The position numbers were made by a program, and so were the translations under genes. The notes beneath the pieces were generated by a model. The model did no database searches, was not told where the DNA came from, and worked only from the letters and a program-made list of their open reading frames with translations. Below, piece after piece: positions 9,703 through 20,058 of a stretch of DNA of 32,000 nucleotides; the first letter of the stretch is position 1; each line of letters opens with the position of its first letter. The DNA lies in the NCBI RefSeq assembly GCF_000195955.2, contig NC_000962.3, positions 2,550,001 to 2,582,000 of the forward strand, given 5' to 3'. Source of the DNA: Mycobacterium tuberculosis H37Rv (GTDB lineage Bacteria; Actinomycetota; Actinomycetes; Mycobacteriales; Mycobacteriaceae).

Positions 9703-11331
9703 ATGAATGGTCGACGCACCATAGGCGAGGATGGGCTGGTGTTCGGGCTCGTCGTTATCGTTGCGCTGGTCGCCGCCGTGGTCGTGGGGACCGTCCTGGG
9801 CCACCGCTATCGCGTGGGCCCTCCAGTGTTGCTCATCCTGTCCGGTTCCCTGCTGGGTCTGATTCCCCGTTTCGGTGACGTTCAGATCGATGGCGAGGTG
9901 GTGCTGCTGCTGTTCCTGCCGGCGATCCTTTATTGGGAGAGCATGAACACCAGCTTTCGCGAGATCCGCTGGAACCTGCGCGTCATCGTCATGTTCAGTA
10001 TCGGGCTGGTGATTGCCACCGCGGTCGCGGTGTCGTGGACGGCACGAGCGCTGGGCATGGAGTCCCACGCCGCGGCTGTCCTCGGTGCCGTGCTCTCCCC
10101 CACCGATGCCGCGGCGGTGGCCGGCCTGGCGAAACGGTTGCCGCGCCGGGCGCTGACAGTGCTACGCGGCGAGAGCCTCATCAACGACGGGACCGCGCTC
10201 GTGCTGTTCGCCGTCACCGTGGCGGTCGCGGAAGGTGCCGCTGGGATCGGCCCGGCCGCGCTGGTCGGCCGGTTCGTCGTCTCCTATCTCGGCGGAATCA
10301 TGGCCGGGCTGCTGGTCGGCGGCCTGGTGACATTGCTACGCCGCAGAATCGACGCACCATTGGAGGAGGGAGCCCTGAGCTTGCTGACGCCGTTCGCAGC
10401 GTTCTTGCTCGCTCAATCTCTGAAGTGCAGCGGTGTGGTTGCGGTGCTGGTTTCGGCCCTGGTCCTCACCTACGTTGGTCCGACGGTGATACGCGCTCGT
10501 TCCCGCCTGCAGGCGCATGCGTTTTGGGACATCGCCACGTTCCTGATCAACGGCTCGTTGTGGGTGTTTGTCGGCGTCCAGATCCCGGGCGCGATAGACC
10601 ACATCGCCGGCGAGGACGGGGGACTACCACGGGCCACAGTCCTGGCCCTGGCGGTGACGGGTGTCGTTATCGCCACCCGGATCGCCTGGGTACAGGCAAC
10701 CACGGTCCTGGGTCACACCGTGGACCGGGTCCTGAAGAAGCCCACCCGCCACGTCGGCTTCCGTCAGCGTTGCGTCACAAGCTGGGCCGGTTTCCGCGGC
10801 GCGGTATCGCTTGCCGCAGCGCTGGCGGTGCCGATGACCACCAATAGCGGCGCTCCATTCCCAGACCGCAACCTGATCATCTTCGTCGTCTCGGTCGTCA
10901 TTCTGGTCACCGTGCTGGTCCAAGGGACTTCCTTGCCCACCGTCGTTCGGTGGGCGAGGATGCCCGAAGACGTCGCGCACGCCAACGAATTGCAGCTGGC
11001 CCGCACCCGTAGCGCCCAAGCCGCCCTCGACGCTTTGCCGACGGTCGCCGACGAACTCGGGGTCGCCCCCGATCTCGTCAAACACCTGGAAAAGGAATAC
11101 GAAGAACGCGCGGTGCTCGTCATGGCCGATGGCGCCGACTCCGCGACCAGCGATCTGGCCGAGCGCAACGATCTGGTCCGGCGCGTGCGTCTAGGCGTGC
11201 TGCAACACCAGCGGCAGGCCGTCACCACGTTGCGCAACCAAAACCTCATCGACGACATCGTGCTGCGCGAGCTGCAGGCGGCGATGGATCTAGAGGAAGT
11301 GCAACTCTTGGACCCCGCCGACGCCGAGTGA
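9703..11331 (+). CDS. yjcE: CPA1-family Na+/H+ exchanger
   Basis: 542 aa, 10 or more hydrophobic helices, Na_H_Exchanger-type sequence (LFLPAILYWES, ESLINDGTALV) and a ~130-aa cytosolic tail. Confidence 0.92.
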   Translation: MNGRRTIGEDGLVFGLVVIVALVAAVVVGTVLGHRYRVGPPVLLILSGSLLGLIPRFGDVQIDGEVVLLLFLPAILYWESMNTSFREIRWNLRVIVMFSIGLVIATAVAVSWTARALGMESHAAAVLGAVLSPTDAAAVAGLAKRLPRRALTVLRGESLINDGTALVLFAVTVAVAEGAAGIGPAALVGRFVVSYLGGIMAGLLVGGLVTLLRRRIDAPLEEGALSLLTPFAAFLLAQSLKCSGVVAVLVSALVLTYVGPTVIRARSRLQAHAFWDIATFLINGSLWVFVGVQIPGAIDHIAGEDGGLPRATVLALAVTGVVIATRIAWVQATTVLGHTVDRVLKKPTRHVGFRQRCVTSWAGFRGAVSLAAALAVPMTTNSGAPFPDRNLIIFVVSVVILVTVLVQGTSLPTVVRWARMPEDVAHANELQLARTRSAQAALDALPTVADELGVAPDLVKHLEKEYEERAVLVMADGADSATSDLAERNDLVRRVRLGVLQHQRQAVTTLRNQNLIDDIVLRELQAAMDLEEVQLLDPADAE

Positions 11332-11705
11332 GCCGGCGCCGCCCGCTGATCGAACCAGCAACGGTTCAGGTTTTGGCCATTGCTTTCACAGACTCATTCA
11401 GCGTTTCATTGCACTGGCCGCAGCGCGAGCAGGGCTGCCGCACAGCGATCTTGGCGCCTATGCGAAGGTGGTGCGATGGTGATGTGGACGGGCGAAAGTT
11501 ACTGCCACCGGCACGCCGCACTGGCACCCAACAGAGGAGGATCAGGCCCGCCGCACCCAGGGTCTACACGACCGGCGACATCCTGCGTGATCGGAAGGGC
11601 ATAGCGCCATGGCAGGAACAACGCGAACCGGGCTGGGCGCCGTTCGGTTGGCTGCACGAGCCCTCGGGCGCAAGGTGCCCAAAAGCCGACGGGCAGTCAG
11701 TCTAA
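11328..11705 (+). CDS. Hypothetical 125-aa ORF (doubtful)
   Basis: Its GTG overlaps the yjcE stop (gtga). The region is AT-richer and intergenic-looking, and the product is Arg/Pro/Trp-rich with no recognisable domain. I recall it as annotated (Rv2288) but cannot support it from the sequence. Confidence 0.2.
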   Translation: MSRRRPLIEPATVQVLAIAFTDSFSVSLHWPQREQGCRTAILAPMRRWCDGDVDGRKLLPPARRTGTQQRRIRPAAPRVYTTGDILRDRKGIAPWQEQREPGWAPFGWLHEPSGARCPKADGQSV

Positions 11706-12457
11706 GTGTCTTGATAGGTGCGGTGATAGCAGCTCTTGCCGGGGCGCTGATTGCGGTAACCGTACCGGCGCGGCCGAATCGCCCTGAGGCCGACCGTGAA
11801 GCACTGTGGAAAATCGTGCACGACCGTTGCGAATTCGGCTATCGGCGTACCGGTGCGTACGCTCCCTGCACATTCGTGGATGAACAGTCTGGAACGGCGT
11901 TGTACAAAGCGGATTTTGATCCGTACCAGTTCCTTTTGATCCCGCTTGCTCGTATCACCGGAATCGAGGATCCCGCCCTACGGGAGTCAGCGGGTCGCAA
12001 TTACCTCTACGACGCTTGGGCCGCACGGTTCCTCGTTACCGCGCGCCTGAACAACTCACTTCCAGAGTCAGACGTAGTCCTCACCATCAACCCGAAGAAC
12101 GCGCGCACTCAGGATCAGCTGCACATCCACATATCGTGTTCGTCACCAACAACATCGGCAGCCCTGAGGAACGTGGATACCTCAGAGTACGTTGGCTGGA
12201 AGCAGCTCCCCATCGACCTCGGTGGTCGCAGGTTTCAAGGATTGGCGGTTGACACGAAGGCGTTCGAATCCAGGAACCTGTTCCGGGACATCTACCTGAA
12301 GGTAACCGCTGACGGCAAGAAAATGGAAAATGCATCGATTGCGGTTGCCAACGTAGCGCAGGACCAATTCCTGCTGCTCTTGGCAGAGGGAACTGAGGAC
12401 CAGCCCGTTGCAGCCGAGACTCTCCAAGACCACGACTGCTCCATCACCAAGTCCTGA
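11675..12457 (+). CDS. cdh: CDP-diacylglycerol pyrophosphatase
   Basis: The frame is open from ATG 11609; GTG 11675 is the start I recall. There is an N-terminal TM anchor ([17 protein letters not shown]), and Cdh-family motifs [10 protein letters not shown] and DQLHIHISC. Confidence 0.85.
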   Translation: MPKSRRAVSLSVLIGAVIAALAGALIAVTVPARPNRPEADREALWKIVHDRCEFGYRRTGAYAPCTFVDEQSGTALYKADFDPYQFLLIPLARITGIEDPALRESAGRNYLYDAWAARFLVTARLNNSLPESDVVLTINPKNARTQDQLHIHISCSSPTTSAALRNVDTSEYVGWKQLPIDLGGRRFQGLAVDTKAFESRNLFRDIYLKVTADGKKMENASIAVANVAQDQFLLLLAEGTEDQPVAAETLQDHDCSITKS

Positions 12458-12598
12458 TAGCACGATGCCAGCGGGCCACACGACAGGGCGCAGTGTGCGA
12501 ACCTGACCCCGCCACGGCGGGCCGTTGATGGCATTTTGCTAGTGTCGGAGCGGCAATCCGCCTATATTTCTCCTCGCCTACCAGTGAGGGAGCCGGGC

Positions 12599-13114
12599 TT
12601 GACTGATCCGCGCCACACCGTTCGAATCGCTGTCGGAGCTACCGCGCTCGGCGTGTCGGCACTCGGGGCAACTCTGCCGGCCTGCTCCGCACACAGCGGG
12701 CCGGGTTCTCCCCCCAGTGCGCCGTCAGCTCCCGCGGCCGCGACCGTCATGGTAGAGGGACATACGCACACAATTTCCGGAGTGGTCGAGTGCCGCACCT
12801 CGCCAGCGGTAAGGACGGCGACGCCGTCGGAGTCGGGGACTCAAACTACACGGGTTAACGCACACGACGATTCGGCCTCGGTGACACTGTCCCTGTCCGA
12901 CTCCACGCCCCCAGACGTCAATGGTTTTGGTATCTCCCTTAAAATCGGAAGCGTCGACTACCAGATGCCCTACCAGCCGGTTCAGTCCCCAACTCAGGTC
13001 GAAGCGACCAGGCAGGGCAAGAGTTACACACTGACCGGGACGGGTCACGCGGTGATCCCGGGCCAAACCGGCATGCGTGAGCTGCCGTTCGGGGTACATG
13101 TAACCTGTCCGTAA
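12599..13114 (+). CDS. lppO: Lipoprotein
   Basis: The frame is open from 12536; TTG 12599 is preceded by gggag. A signal peptide ends in the lipobox-like GATLPAC|SAHSG. Confidence 0.78.
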   Translation: MTDPRHTVRIAVGATALGVSALGATLPACSAHSGPGSPPSAPSAPAAATVMVEGHTHTISGVVECRTSPAVRTATPSESGTQTTRVNAHDDSASVTLSLSDSTPPDVNGFGISLKIGSVDYQMPYQPVQSPTQVEATRQGKSYTLTGTGHAVIPGQTGMRELPFGVHVTCP

Positions 13115-13173
13115 CTACACTGATTGCGCGACAAGGGAATTAGCCGCGTTGGCAGGCAACACGGAGGTGACCG

Positions 13174-14028
13174 GTGCAAGCCCGTGGTCAGGTCCTGATC
13201 ACCGCCGCGGAACTGGCTGGCATGATCCAGGCCGGCGATCCGGTGTCGATCCTGGATGTGCGCTGGCGGCTTGATGAACCTGACGGGCATGCGGCCTACC
13301 TACAGGGTCACCTGCCGGGAGCGGTATTTGTGTCACTCGAGGACGAACTGAGCGATCATACGATCGCCGGCCGGGGCCGGCACCCGCTGCCGTCGGGGGC
13401 TAGTCTGCAAGCCACCGTCCGCCGATGCGGAATCCGACACGATGTGCCGGTCGTGGTCTACGACGACTGGAATCGAGCCGGTTCCGCGCGAGCGTGGTGG
13501 GTGTTAACTGCGGCTGGGATCGCGAATGTACGCATTCTAGACGGCGGCTTGCCCGCGTGGCGGTCCGCAGGCGGCAGCATCGAGACCGGCCAGGTCAGCC
13601 CGCAGCTCGGGAATGTGACTGTGCTGCACGATGATTTGTATGCCGGACAGCGGCTAACCCTAACGGCGCAGCAAGCCGGTGCGGGTGGTGTGACGCTGCT
13701 CGATGCGCGCGTACCGGAACGTTTCCGCGGCGATGTCGAGCCCGTGGATGCGGTTGCCGGTCACATCCCCGGCGCCATCAACGTTCCCAGCGGTAGTGTC
13801 CTGGCCGACGACGGCACGTTCCTTGGCAATGGCGCCCTTAACGCACTGCTGTCCGACCACGGCATCGATCACGGTGGCCGCGTGGGTGTCTACTGCGGCT
13901 CGGGTGTCAGCGCAGCTGTCATCGTCGCGGCACTGGCAGTGATCGGCCAGGATGCGGAGCTGTTTCCAGGGTCATGGTCGGAGTGGAGTTCGGATCCGAC
14001 CCGTCCCGTCGGCCGTGGCACTGCATAG
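13174..14028 (+). CDS. sseB: Thiosulfate sulfurtransferase (tandem rhodanese domains)
   Basis: 284 aa. The GTG start is preceded by ggagg. Two rhodanese domains are present, with an active-site Cys loop VYCGSGVSAAV in the C-terminal domain. Confidence 0.92.
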   Translation: MQARGQVLITAAELAGMIQAGDPVSILDVRWRLDEPDGHAAYLQGHLPGAVFVSLEDELSDHTIAGRGRHPLPSGASLQATVRRCGIRHDVPVVVYDDWNRAGSARAWWVLTAAGIANVRILDGGLPAWRSAGGSIETGQVSPQLGNVTVLHDDLYAGQRLTLTAQQAGAGGVTLLDARVPERFRGDVEPVDAVAGHIPGAINVPSGSVLADDGTFLGNGALNALLSDHGIDHGGRVGVYCGSGVSAAVIVAALAVIGQDAELFPGSWSEWSSDPTRPVGRGTA

Positions 14029-15032
14029 TCAGACGCCGGCCCAGTTCTGCAGGAAGGCTTCGGTGACCCGGGCGGCGTTGTTGGCCGCAATCTGCTTGTA
14101 AACGAAGAACTGGACGGGGAAGCCCGGCAGATGCAGCGGGTCGCCGGGCCCGTCGGACATACCGCGAATTCCCAGGAACGGGACGCCGTGTGCATCGGCG
14201 ACCGCCTGCGCGGCTGCCGTCTCCTGGTCAACCGCGTCGAAGCCGGGGTTCACCGTCGATACGATGTTCAGGTTGCTGATCAGAGCGTTCTTCAGCCAGG
14301 GTCCCGCCGCCTGGAAAAAGTTACCGGTATAGCCAAGTGAGCGATCGGGTGCACTACAGGGTTGGCAGCAAAAACGCTGCCGCCGTTCGGGATGCAAGGA
14401 AAAGCCTGGCCGTTGTTCTTGTCGGAGCTAGACCCGTCACCGCCGACGAACAGTTGCGGCTGGCGCCCCAGGTGGTTCAACCGGACGACCGGAACGTTCC
14501 TGCACAGACAGACAGGATTGCCGAGCGTGTTGATGTTGTCCAGTACAACAGAAAGCGTCTGGGCAGTAGCCAGCATGCCGGGATCGACCCCACGGAATGT
14601 TGCCCCGTTGTCCAGGGTCCACCGTGCTGGTATTGCCACGTCCCCAATGCTGGTGCGGCCGGCACCACCGGCGACGCCCGAGAACATCACGGCGGCAATG
14701 GCAATGGAAGAAGCACAGGTAAAGCGTGCGAAGGCGGTCTCGGTGGTGTTGGTAGCGTTCACTAGGCCGATGCCGGTCATCGCCACAATCACCTTCTTGC
14801 CGCTGATCGAGCCCAGGTAGTAGCGACGACGGTCGGCGACCACCACCGGGTTGGCGTCCAGCGCGGTGTGCGCCAGCACCGCGTCGGCCTCAGCCGGAAA
14901 CGCCGACAAGACCAGCGTGCGCTGTTCGCACGGGATCACATTTGCCACGTATCCGGGATCGGCCGCCGCCACGCCACAGCCCAGCGACAACGCGGCCGCC
15001 ACCAAAAGACAGTGCCGCAAAGGCGCGCCCAC
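14029..15032 (-). pseudogene. Secreted PNP_UDP_1/nucleosidase-like protein split by a frameshift (fragments 14292-15032 and 14029-14397)
   Basis: The N-terminal fragment has a signal peptide (..[13 protein letters not shown]..) and a nucleosidase-type core ([20 protein letters not shown]). The downstream overlapping frame continues the fold ([32 protein letters not shown]). The two frames join at ..NGGSVF / CQPCSAPD.., at an A5 run on the + strand (14370-14374). Confidence 0.7.
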
Positions 15033-15326
15033 AATCCCTTATCCCCAAAAATCGTGATTTGACATGGATGCCGGAACTCTCTGTCATTTAGCCGTGGCCG
15101 ATTTGGGGCTTGGCCCTGATTTTCGCGCACCATCGGCGACGGACGAATATTTGTTATCGTTTTTTTCGTCTAGCGATTCCTCGGCGTTATTTCATCGCGG
15201 CGGAACGAGCCGCCCTATGACCAACTGTGCAAGCGTGATTGGTCGATAGCCCCGGTCGGGCTATGTTCCCCGGTGTGGCTAGACCAGTTGACCGGTGCGG
15301 GACGCGGATACGGCTAGTCTGCCGGA

Positions 15327-16550
15327 GTGATACCTAACCCACTCGAGGAGCTAACGCTCGAGCAACTGCGAAGCCAACGCACGAGCATGAAGTGGCGTGC
15401 GCACCCAGCCGACGTCTTGCCGTTGTGGGTCGCGGAGATGGACGTGAAGCTTCCGCCGACGGTGGCCGATGCCCTCCGTAGAGCTATCGACGACGGCGAC
15501 ACCGGATATCCCTATGGAACGGAGTATGCCGAAGCCGTCCGCGAATTCGCTTGCCAACGTTGGCAATGGCACGACCTGGAAGTGAGCCGCACGGCCATCG
15601 TTCCCGACGTCATGCTCGGCATCGTCGAAGTGCTGCGTCTGATCACCGACCGCGGTGACCCTGTGATCGTCAACTCCCCGGTATATGCGCCGTTCTACGC
15701 TTTCGTGTCGCATGACGGCCGCCGAGTGATCCCAGCGCCGCTGCGGGGAGACGGCCGGATCGATTTGGACGCGCTGCAGGAAGCGTTCTCGAGCGCGCGT
15801 GCTTCAAGCGGCTCGAGCGGCAACGTCGCCTACCTCCTGTGCAATCCGCACAACCCGACGGGGTCGGTGCACACCGCCGACGAACTGCGCGGCATCGCGG
15901 AACGCGCCCAACGGTTCGGTGTCCGGGTGGTGTCCGACGAGATTCATGCCCCTCTTATCCCGTCCGGGGCACGGTTTACGCCCTATCTGAGCGTCCCCGG
16001 TGCGGAAAACGCATTCGCACTAATGTCGGCTTCCAAGGCGTGGAATCTCGGCGGACTCAAGGCAGCCCTGGCCATTGCCGGTCGCGAGGCGGCGGCCGAC
16101 CTCGCTCGGATGCCCGAGGAGGTCGGTCACGGCCCCAGCCACCTGGGTGTCATCGCGCACACCGCGGCGTTCAGGACTGGTGGCAACTGGCTCGACGCGC
16201 TGCTGCGCGGTCTGGACCACAATCGAACGTTGCTAGGCGCTCTGGTCGACGAGCATCTTCCCGGGGTGCAATACCGATGGCCGCAGGGTACTTACCTGGC
16301 GTGGCTGGATTGCCGAGAACTCGGCTTCGATGACGCGGCTAGCGACGAGATGACCGAAGGCCTGGCGGTGGTGTCAGATCTGTCCGGGCCAGCCCGCTGG
16401 TTCCTCGACCACGCGCGGGTTGCGCTCAGTTCTGGTCACGTCTTCGGGATTGGCGGTGCCGGGCATGTGCGCATCAACTTCGCGACCTCCCGAGCCATTC
16501 TCATCGAGGCGGTATCGCGGATGAGCCGGTCACTACTCGAGCGCCGGTAG
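15327..16550 (+). CDS. Class I/II PLP-dependent aminotransferase, PatB/MalY-type C-S lyase-like
   Basis: 407 aa. PLP-lysine motif [19 protein letters not shown] and DEIHAPL motifs. Confidence 0.9.
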
Positions 16551-16631
16551 CGCGTCCAGAGAACCGCTAGCGCCAACACGATCACCTCGGGTGACGGTCT
16601 TGTCCGCTCGGCGGCCCTTCAGTGCCCAGCC

Positions 16632-16660
16632 AATGCGGCCGACCCCGCGGCGGCCGCATT
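16632..16660 (+). terminator. Perfect 10-bp stem hairpin ~80 nt downstream of the aminotransferase gene
   Basis: aatgcggccg (16632-16641) pairs with cggccgcatt (16651-16660), with a 9-nt loop. There is no U-tail. Confidence 0.35.
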
Positions 16661-16846
16661 CGGTAGACAAAGGAAGTCTGACACCGTAGGCGCCTCGTTG
16701 ATCGCGTTTTCGCCGAGAAACGTGAAGGCCGTTTGCCCGCCCGTGCGGATCAGCTACGATCAAGGCGACACATGGACCAGTCGGCCAACCATGCGTGTCT
16801 GCCCACCCCGCTGGCGAGCACAACAGGGCGCGGGCAAGATCATGAG

Positions 16847-17410
16847 ATGCCTGTCGAAGAGACCTCCACCCCCCAGAAGCTGCCCCAATTTCGTTATCAC
16901 CCCGATCCCGTCGGCACCGGCTCGATAGTCGCCGACGAGGTGAGCTGCGTGAGCTGCGAGCAACGTCGGCCCTACACCTACACCGGCCCGGTGTATGCGG
17001 AGGAGGAGCTTAACGAGGCCATCTGTCCTTGGTGTATCGCAGATGGCAGTGCGGCGAGTCGCTTCGATGCCACGTTCACCGACGCCATGTGGGCGGTGCC
17101 CGACGACGTTCCAGAGGACGTGACCGAGGAAGTGCTGTGCCGAACACCCGGGTTCACGGGCTGGCTGCAGGAGGAATGGTTGCATCACTGCGGGGACGCC
17201 GCCGCCTTCCTTGGCCCGGTGGGCGCCAGCGAGGTGGCCGACCTCCCTGACGCCCTGGATGCGCTGCGCAATGAGTACCGCGGCTACGACTGGCCCGCCG
17301 ACAAAATCGAGGAATTCATCCTGACGCTCGATCGAAACGGGCTGGCGACCGCCTACCTCTTCAGGTGCCTGAGCTGCGGCGTCCACTTGGCCTACGCCGA
17401 TTTCGCTTAA
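16847..17410 (+). CDS. CbrC/UPF0167-family protein
   Basis: The frame is open from ATG 16733, but family-like sequence begins just after ATG 16847 ([26 protein letters not shown]). Cys pairs CVSC, CPWC and CLSC are typical of the CbrC (colicin E2 tolerance) family. Confidence 0.8.
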
Positions 17411-17503
17411 CCTCGGCGGCGACTGAGTCGACGCGAGCGCGGATATCGGACGCTTTTGCACAACAATGGTTCCGACGTGGCACAGCTCAGAGAGGAGCAG
17501 ATC

Positions 17504-18406
17504 ATGGATGTCCTACGCACCCCAGACTCCCGGTTCGAACACCTGGTGGGCTACCCGTTTGCACCGCACTATGTCGATGTGACGGCCGGCGACACCCAGC
17601 CGTTGCGAATGCACTACGTCGACGAGGGCCCGGGCGACGGTCCGCCGATCGTCTTGCTGCACGGCGAGCCCACCTGGAGTTATCTGTACCGAACCATGAT
17701 TCCGCCGCTCTCCGCCGCCGGGCACCGTGTGCTCGCGCCCGACCTGATCGGCTTCGGCCGCTCCGACAAGCCGACTCGCATCGAGGACTACACCTACCTG
17801 CGGCACGTCGAGTGGGTGACGTCCTGGTTCGAGAATCTCGACCTGCACGACGTTACGCTCTTCGTGCAGGACTGGGGGTCATTGATCGGTCTGCGCATCG
17901 CTGCCGAGCACGGTGACCGGATCGCGCGGCTGGTGGTCGCCAACGGGTTTCTCCCCGCCGCGCAGGGGCGCACCCCACTCCCCTTCTACGTGTGGCGGGC
18001 GTTTGCGCGCTATTCTCCGGTGCTTCCCGCTGGCCGTCTGGTGAACTTCGGCACCGTCCACAGGGTTCCCGCCGGGGTCCGAGCCGGCTACGATGCACCT
18101 TTCCCCGACAAAACGTATCAAGCCGGCGCCCGGGCGTTCCCACGGTTGGTGCCGACCTCACCCGACGATCCGGCGGTACCGGCCAACCGCGCGGCATGGG
18201 AAGCCCTGGGCCGGTGGGACAAACCGTTCCTTGCCATCTTCGGTTATCGCGACCCGATACTCGGGCAAGCGGACGGTCCGCTGATCAAGCACATTCCCGG
18301 CGCGGCGGGTCAGCCGCACGCCCGCATCAAGGCCAGCCACTTCATCCAGGAGGACAGCGGAACCGAACTCGCCGAACGCATGCTCTCCTGGCAGCAGGCA
18401 ACGTAA
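17504..18406 (+). CDS. Haloalkane dehalogenase (DhlA-type alpha/beta hydrolase)
   Basis: ATG 17504 is preceded by gaggag. Motifs [11 protein letters not shown], nucleophile VQDWGS and a C-terminal SHFIQED. Recalled as Rv2296 (DmbB). Confidence 0.9.
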   Translation: MDVLRTPDSRFEHLVGYPFAPHYVDVTAGDTQPLRMHYVDEGPGDGPPIVLLHGEPTWSYLYRTMIPPLSAAGHRVLAPDLIGFGRSDKPTRIEDYTYLRHVEWVTSWFENLDLHDVTLFVQDWGSLIGLRIAAEHGDRIARLVVANGFLPAAQGRTPLPFYVWRAFARYSPVLPAGRLVNFGTVHRVPAGVRAGYDAPFPDKTYQAGARAFPRLVPTSPDDPAVPANRAAWEALGRWDKPFLAIFGYRDPILGQADGPLIKHIPGAAGQPHARIKASHFIQEDSGTELAERMLSWQQAT

Positions 18407-18437
18407 CCGCGACGGCTGCGGACGAAGGATCGGCAGA

Positions 18438-18890
18438 ATGGCGATGGAGATGGCGATGATGGGCCTGCTCGGCACCGTGGTGGGTGCCTCGGCCATGGGC
18501 ATCGGGGGGATTGCGAAGTCGATCGCGGAAGCGTATGTCCCGGGGGTCGCGGCTGCCAAGGACCGTAGGCAGCAGATGAACGTCGATCTGCAAGCACGGC
18601 GCTACGAGGCGGTGCGAGTGTGGCGGTCTGGGTTGTGCAGTGCCAGCAACGCCTACCGGCAATGGGAGGCCGGGTCTCGGGACACCCATGCGCCCAACGT
18701 CGTCGGCGACGAGTGGTTCGAAGGTTTGCGGCCGCACCTGCCCACCACTGGGGAGGCAGCGAAGTTCCGTACCGCTTACGAAGTCCGTTGCGATAACCCA
18801 ACTCTCATGGTGCTTTCGCTTGAGATTGGCCGTATCGAGAAGGAATGGATGGTGGAGGCGAGCGGCCGGACACCAAAGCACCGGGGATGA
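18438..18890 (+). CDS. Hypothetical protein with an N-terminal hydrophobic segment
   Basis: 150-aa ORF. ATG is preceded by gaagga. N-terminal MAMEMAMMGLLGTVVGASAMGIGGIA. I recognise no domain. Confidence 0.6.
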   Translation: MAMEMAMMGLLGTVVGASAMGIGGIAKSIAEAYVPGVAAAKDRRQQMNVDLQARRYEAVRVWRSGLCSASNAYRQWEAGSRDTHAPNVVGDEWFEGLRPHLPTTGEAAKFRTAYEVRCDNPTLMVLSLEIGRIEKEWMVEASGRTPKHRG

Positions 18891-19081
18891 CTGCGAAGAC
18901 TCGCGGTTGGTAGCGCACCCGGCTGGTGCGGCGCCGACAAGCTGCCCACATTCGGTGACACTGAATTTCTGCAGCAAAAGCGCGAGTGACCAACGGTCTG
19001 CGAAATTACCGGCTCGGGGTCGGCTACACCGTCGAGCGACGCGGTCGCCGCCGCGCCGAGCCCCTCGGTACGGTGGCAGAC

Positions 19082-20053
19082 ATGAAATATCTGGACGTCG
19101 ACGGAATCGGACAGGTCAGCCGGATCGGGTTGGGCACTTGGCAGTTCGGCTCGCGTGAATGGGGATATGGGGACCGGTACGCCACCGGCGCCGCCCGCGA
19201 CATTGTCAAACGCGCACGCGCCTTGGGGGTCACGCTGTTCGATACCGCCGAGATCTACGGCCTGGGCAAAAGCGAGCGTATTCTCGGGGAGGCCCTCGGC
19301 GACGACCGCACCGAGGTGGTGGTGGCTAGCAAGGTCTTCCCGGTCGCGCCGTTTCCGGCGGTGATCAAGAACCGCGAGCGCGCCAGTGCGCGGCGGCTGC
19401 AGCTGAACCGTATCCCGCTGTATCAGATCCACCAGCCCAACCCGGTGGTCCCCGATTCGGTGATCATGCCGGGGATGCGTGACCTGCTGGACAGCGGCGA
19501 CATTGGCGCGGCCGGTGTCTCCAACTACTCACTGGCGCGATGGCGGAAGGCCGACGCCGCGCTTGGGCGCCCAGTCGTCAGCAACCAGGTACATTTCTCG
19601 CTCGCCCACCCTGATGCGCTCGAAGATCTGGTGCCGTTCGCCGAGCTCGAGAACCGCATCGTGATCGCCTACAGCCCGCTGGCGCAAGGACTATTGGGTG
19701 GCAAGTACGGACTCGAGAATCGTCCCGGTGGCGTGCGCGCGTTGAACCCGCTGTTCGGCACCGAGAACCTGCGCCGGATAGAGCCGCTGCTGGCTACGTT
19801 GCGCGCCATCGCCGTCGACGTCGACGCCAAGCCCGCCCAGGTGGCACTGGCCTGGCTGATTAGCCTGCCGGGGGTGGTCGCCATTCCCGGAGCGTCCAGT
19901 GTCGAGCAACTCGAGTTCAACGTCGCGGCCGCTGACATCGAGCTCAGCGCGCAATCCCGCGACGCGCTCACCGACGCCGCCCGGGCGTTTCGCCCGGTTT
20001 CCACCGGCCGCTTCCTCACCGACATGGTGCGTGAGAAGGTCAGCCGTCGTTGA
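19082..20053 (+). CDS. Aldo-keto reductase
   Basis: The frame is open from 18986; ATG 19082 gives MKYLDVDGIGQVSRIGLGTWQFG. AKR motifs LFDTAEIYG and LYQIHQPN. Confidence 0.9.
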   Translation: MKYLDVDGIGQVSRIGLGTWQFGSREWGYGDRYATGAARDIVKRARALGVTLFDTAEIYGLGKSERILGEALGDDRTEVVVASKVFPVAPFPAVIKNRERASARRLQLNRIPLYQIHQPNPVVPDSVIMPGMRDLLDSGDIGAAGVSNYSLARWRKADAALGRPVVSNQVHFSLAHPDALEDLVPFAELENRIVIAYSPLAQGLLGGKYGLENRPGGVRALNPLFGTENLRRIEPLLATLRAIAVDVDAKPAQVALAWLISLPGVVAIPGASSVEQLEFNVAAADIELSAQSRDALTDAARAFRPVSTGRFLTDMVREKVSRR

Positions 20054-20058
20054 GCTCG

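Noticed and set aside
9933-10847. 304-aa alternative-frame ORF inside the Na+/H+ exchanger gene.
   Set aside because: It is same-strand but out of frame with a polytopic transporter that has clear family motifs. The product is low-complexity and Arg/Gly-rich.
14026-14031. Zero-spacing tail-to-tail junctions: sseB with the nucleosidase fragment at 14028/14029, and the aldo-keto reductase with htpG at 20053/20059. I considered them as a special regulatory arrangement.
   Set aside because: Tight convergent packing is common in this genome, and I found no sequence feature beyond adjacency.
15200-15326. Possible SAM-type riboswitch upstream of the C-S-lyase-like aminotransferase.
   Set aside because: I compared it by eye with what I remember of the SAM-IV consensus. 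Only trivial GC-rich similarities appeared (gccccgg), and the helices do not line up.
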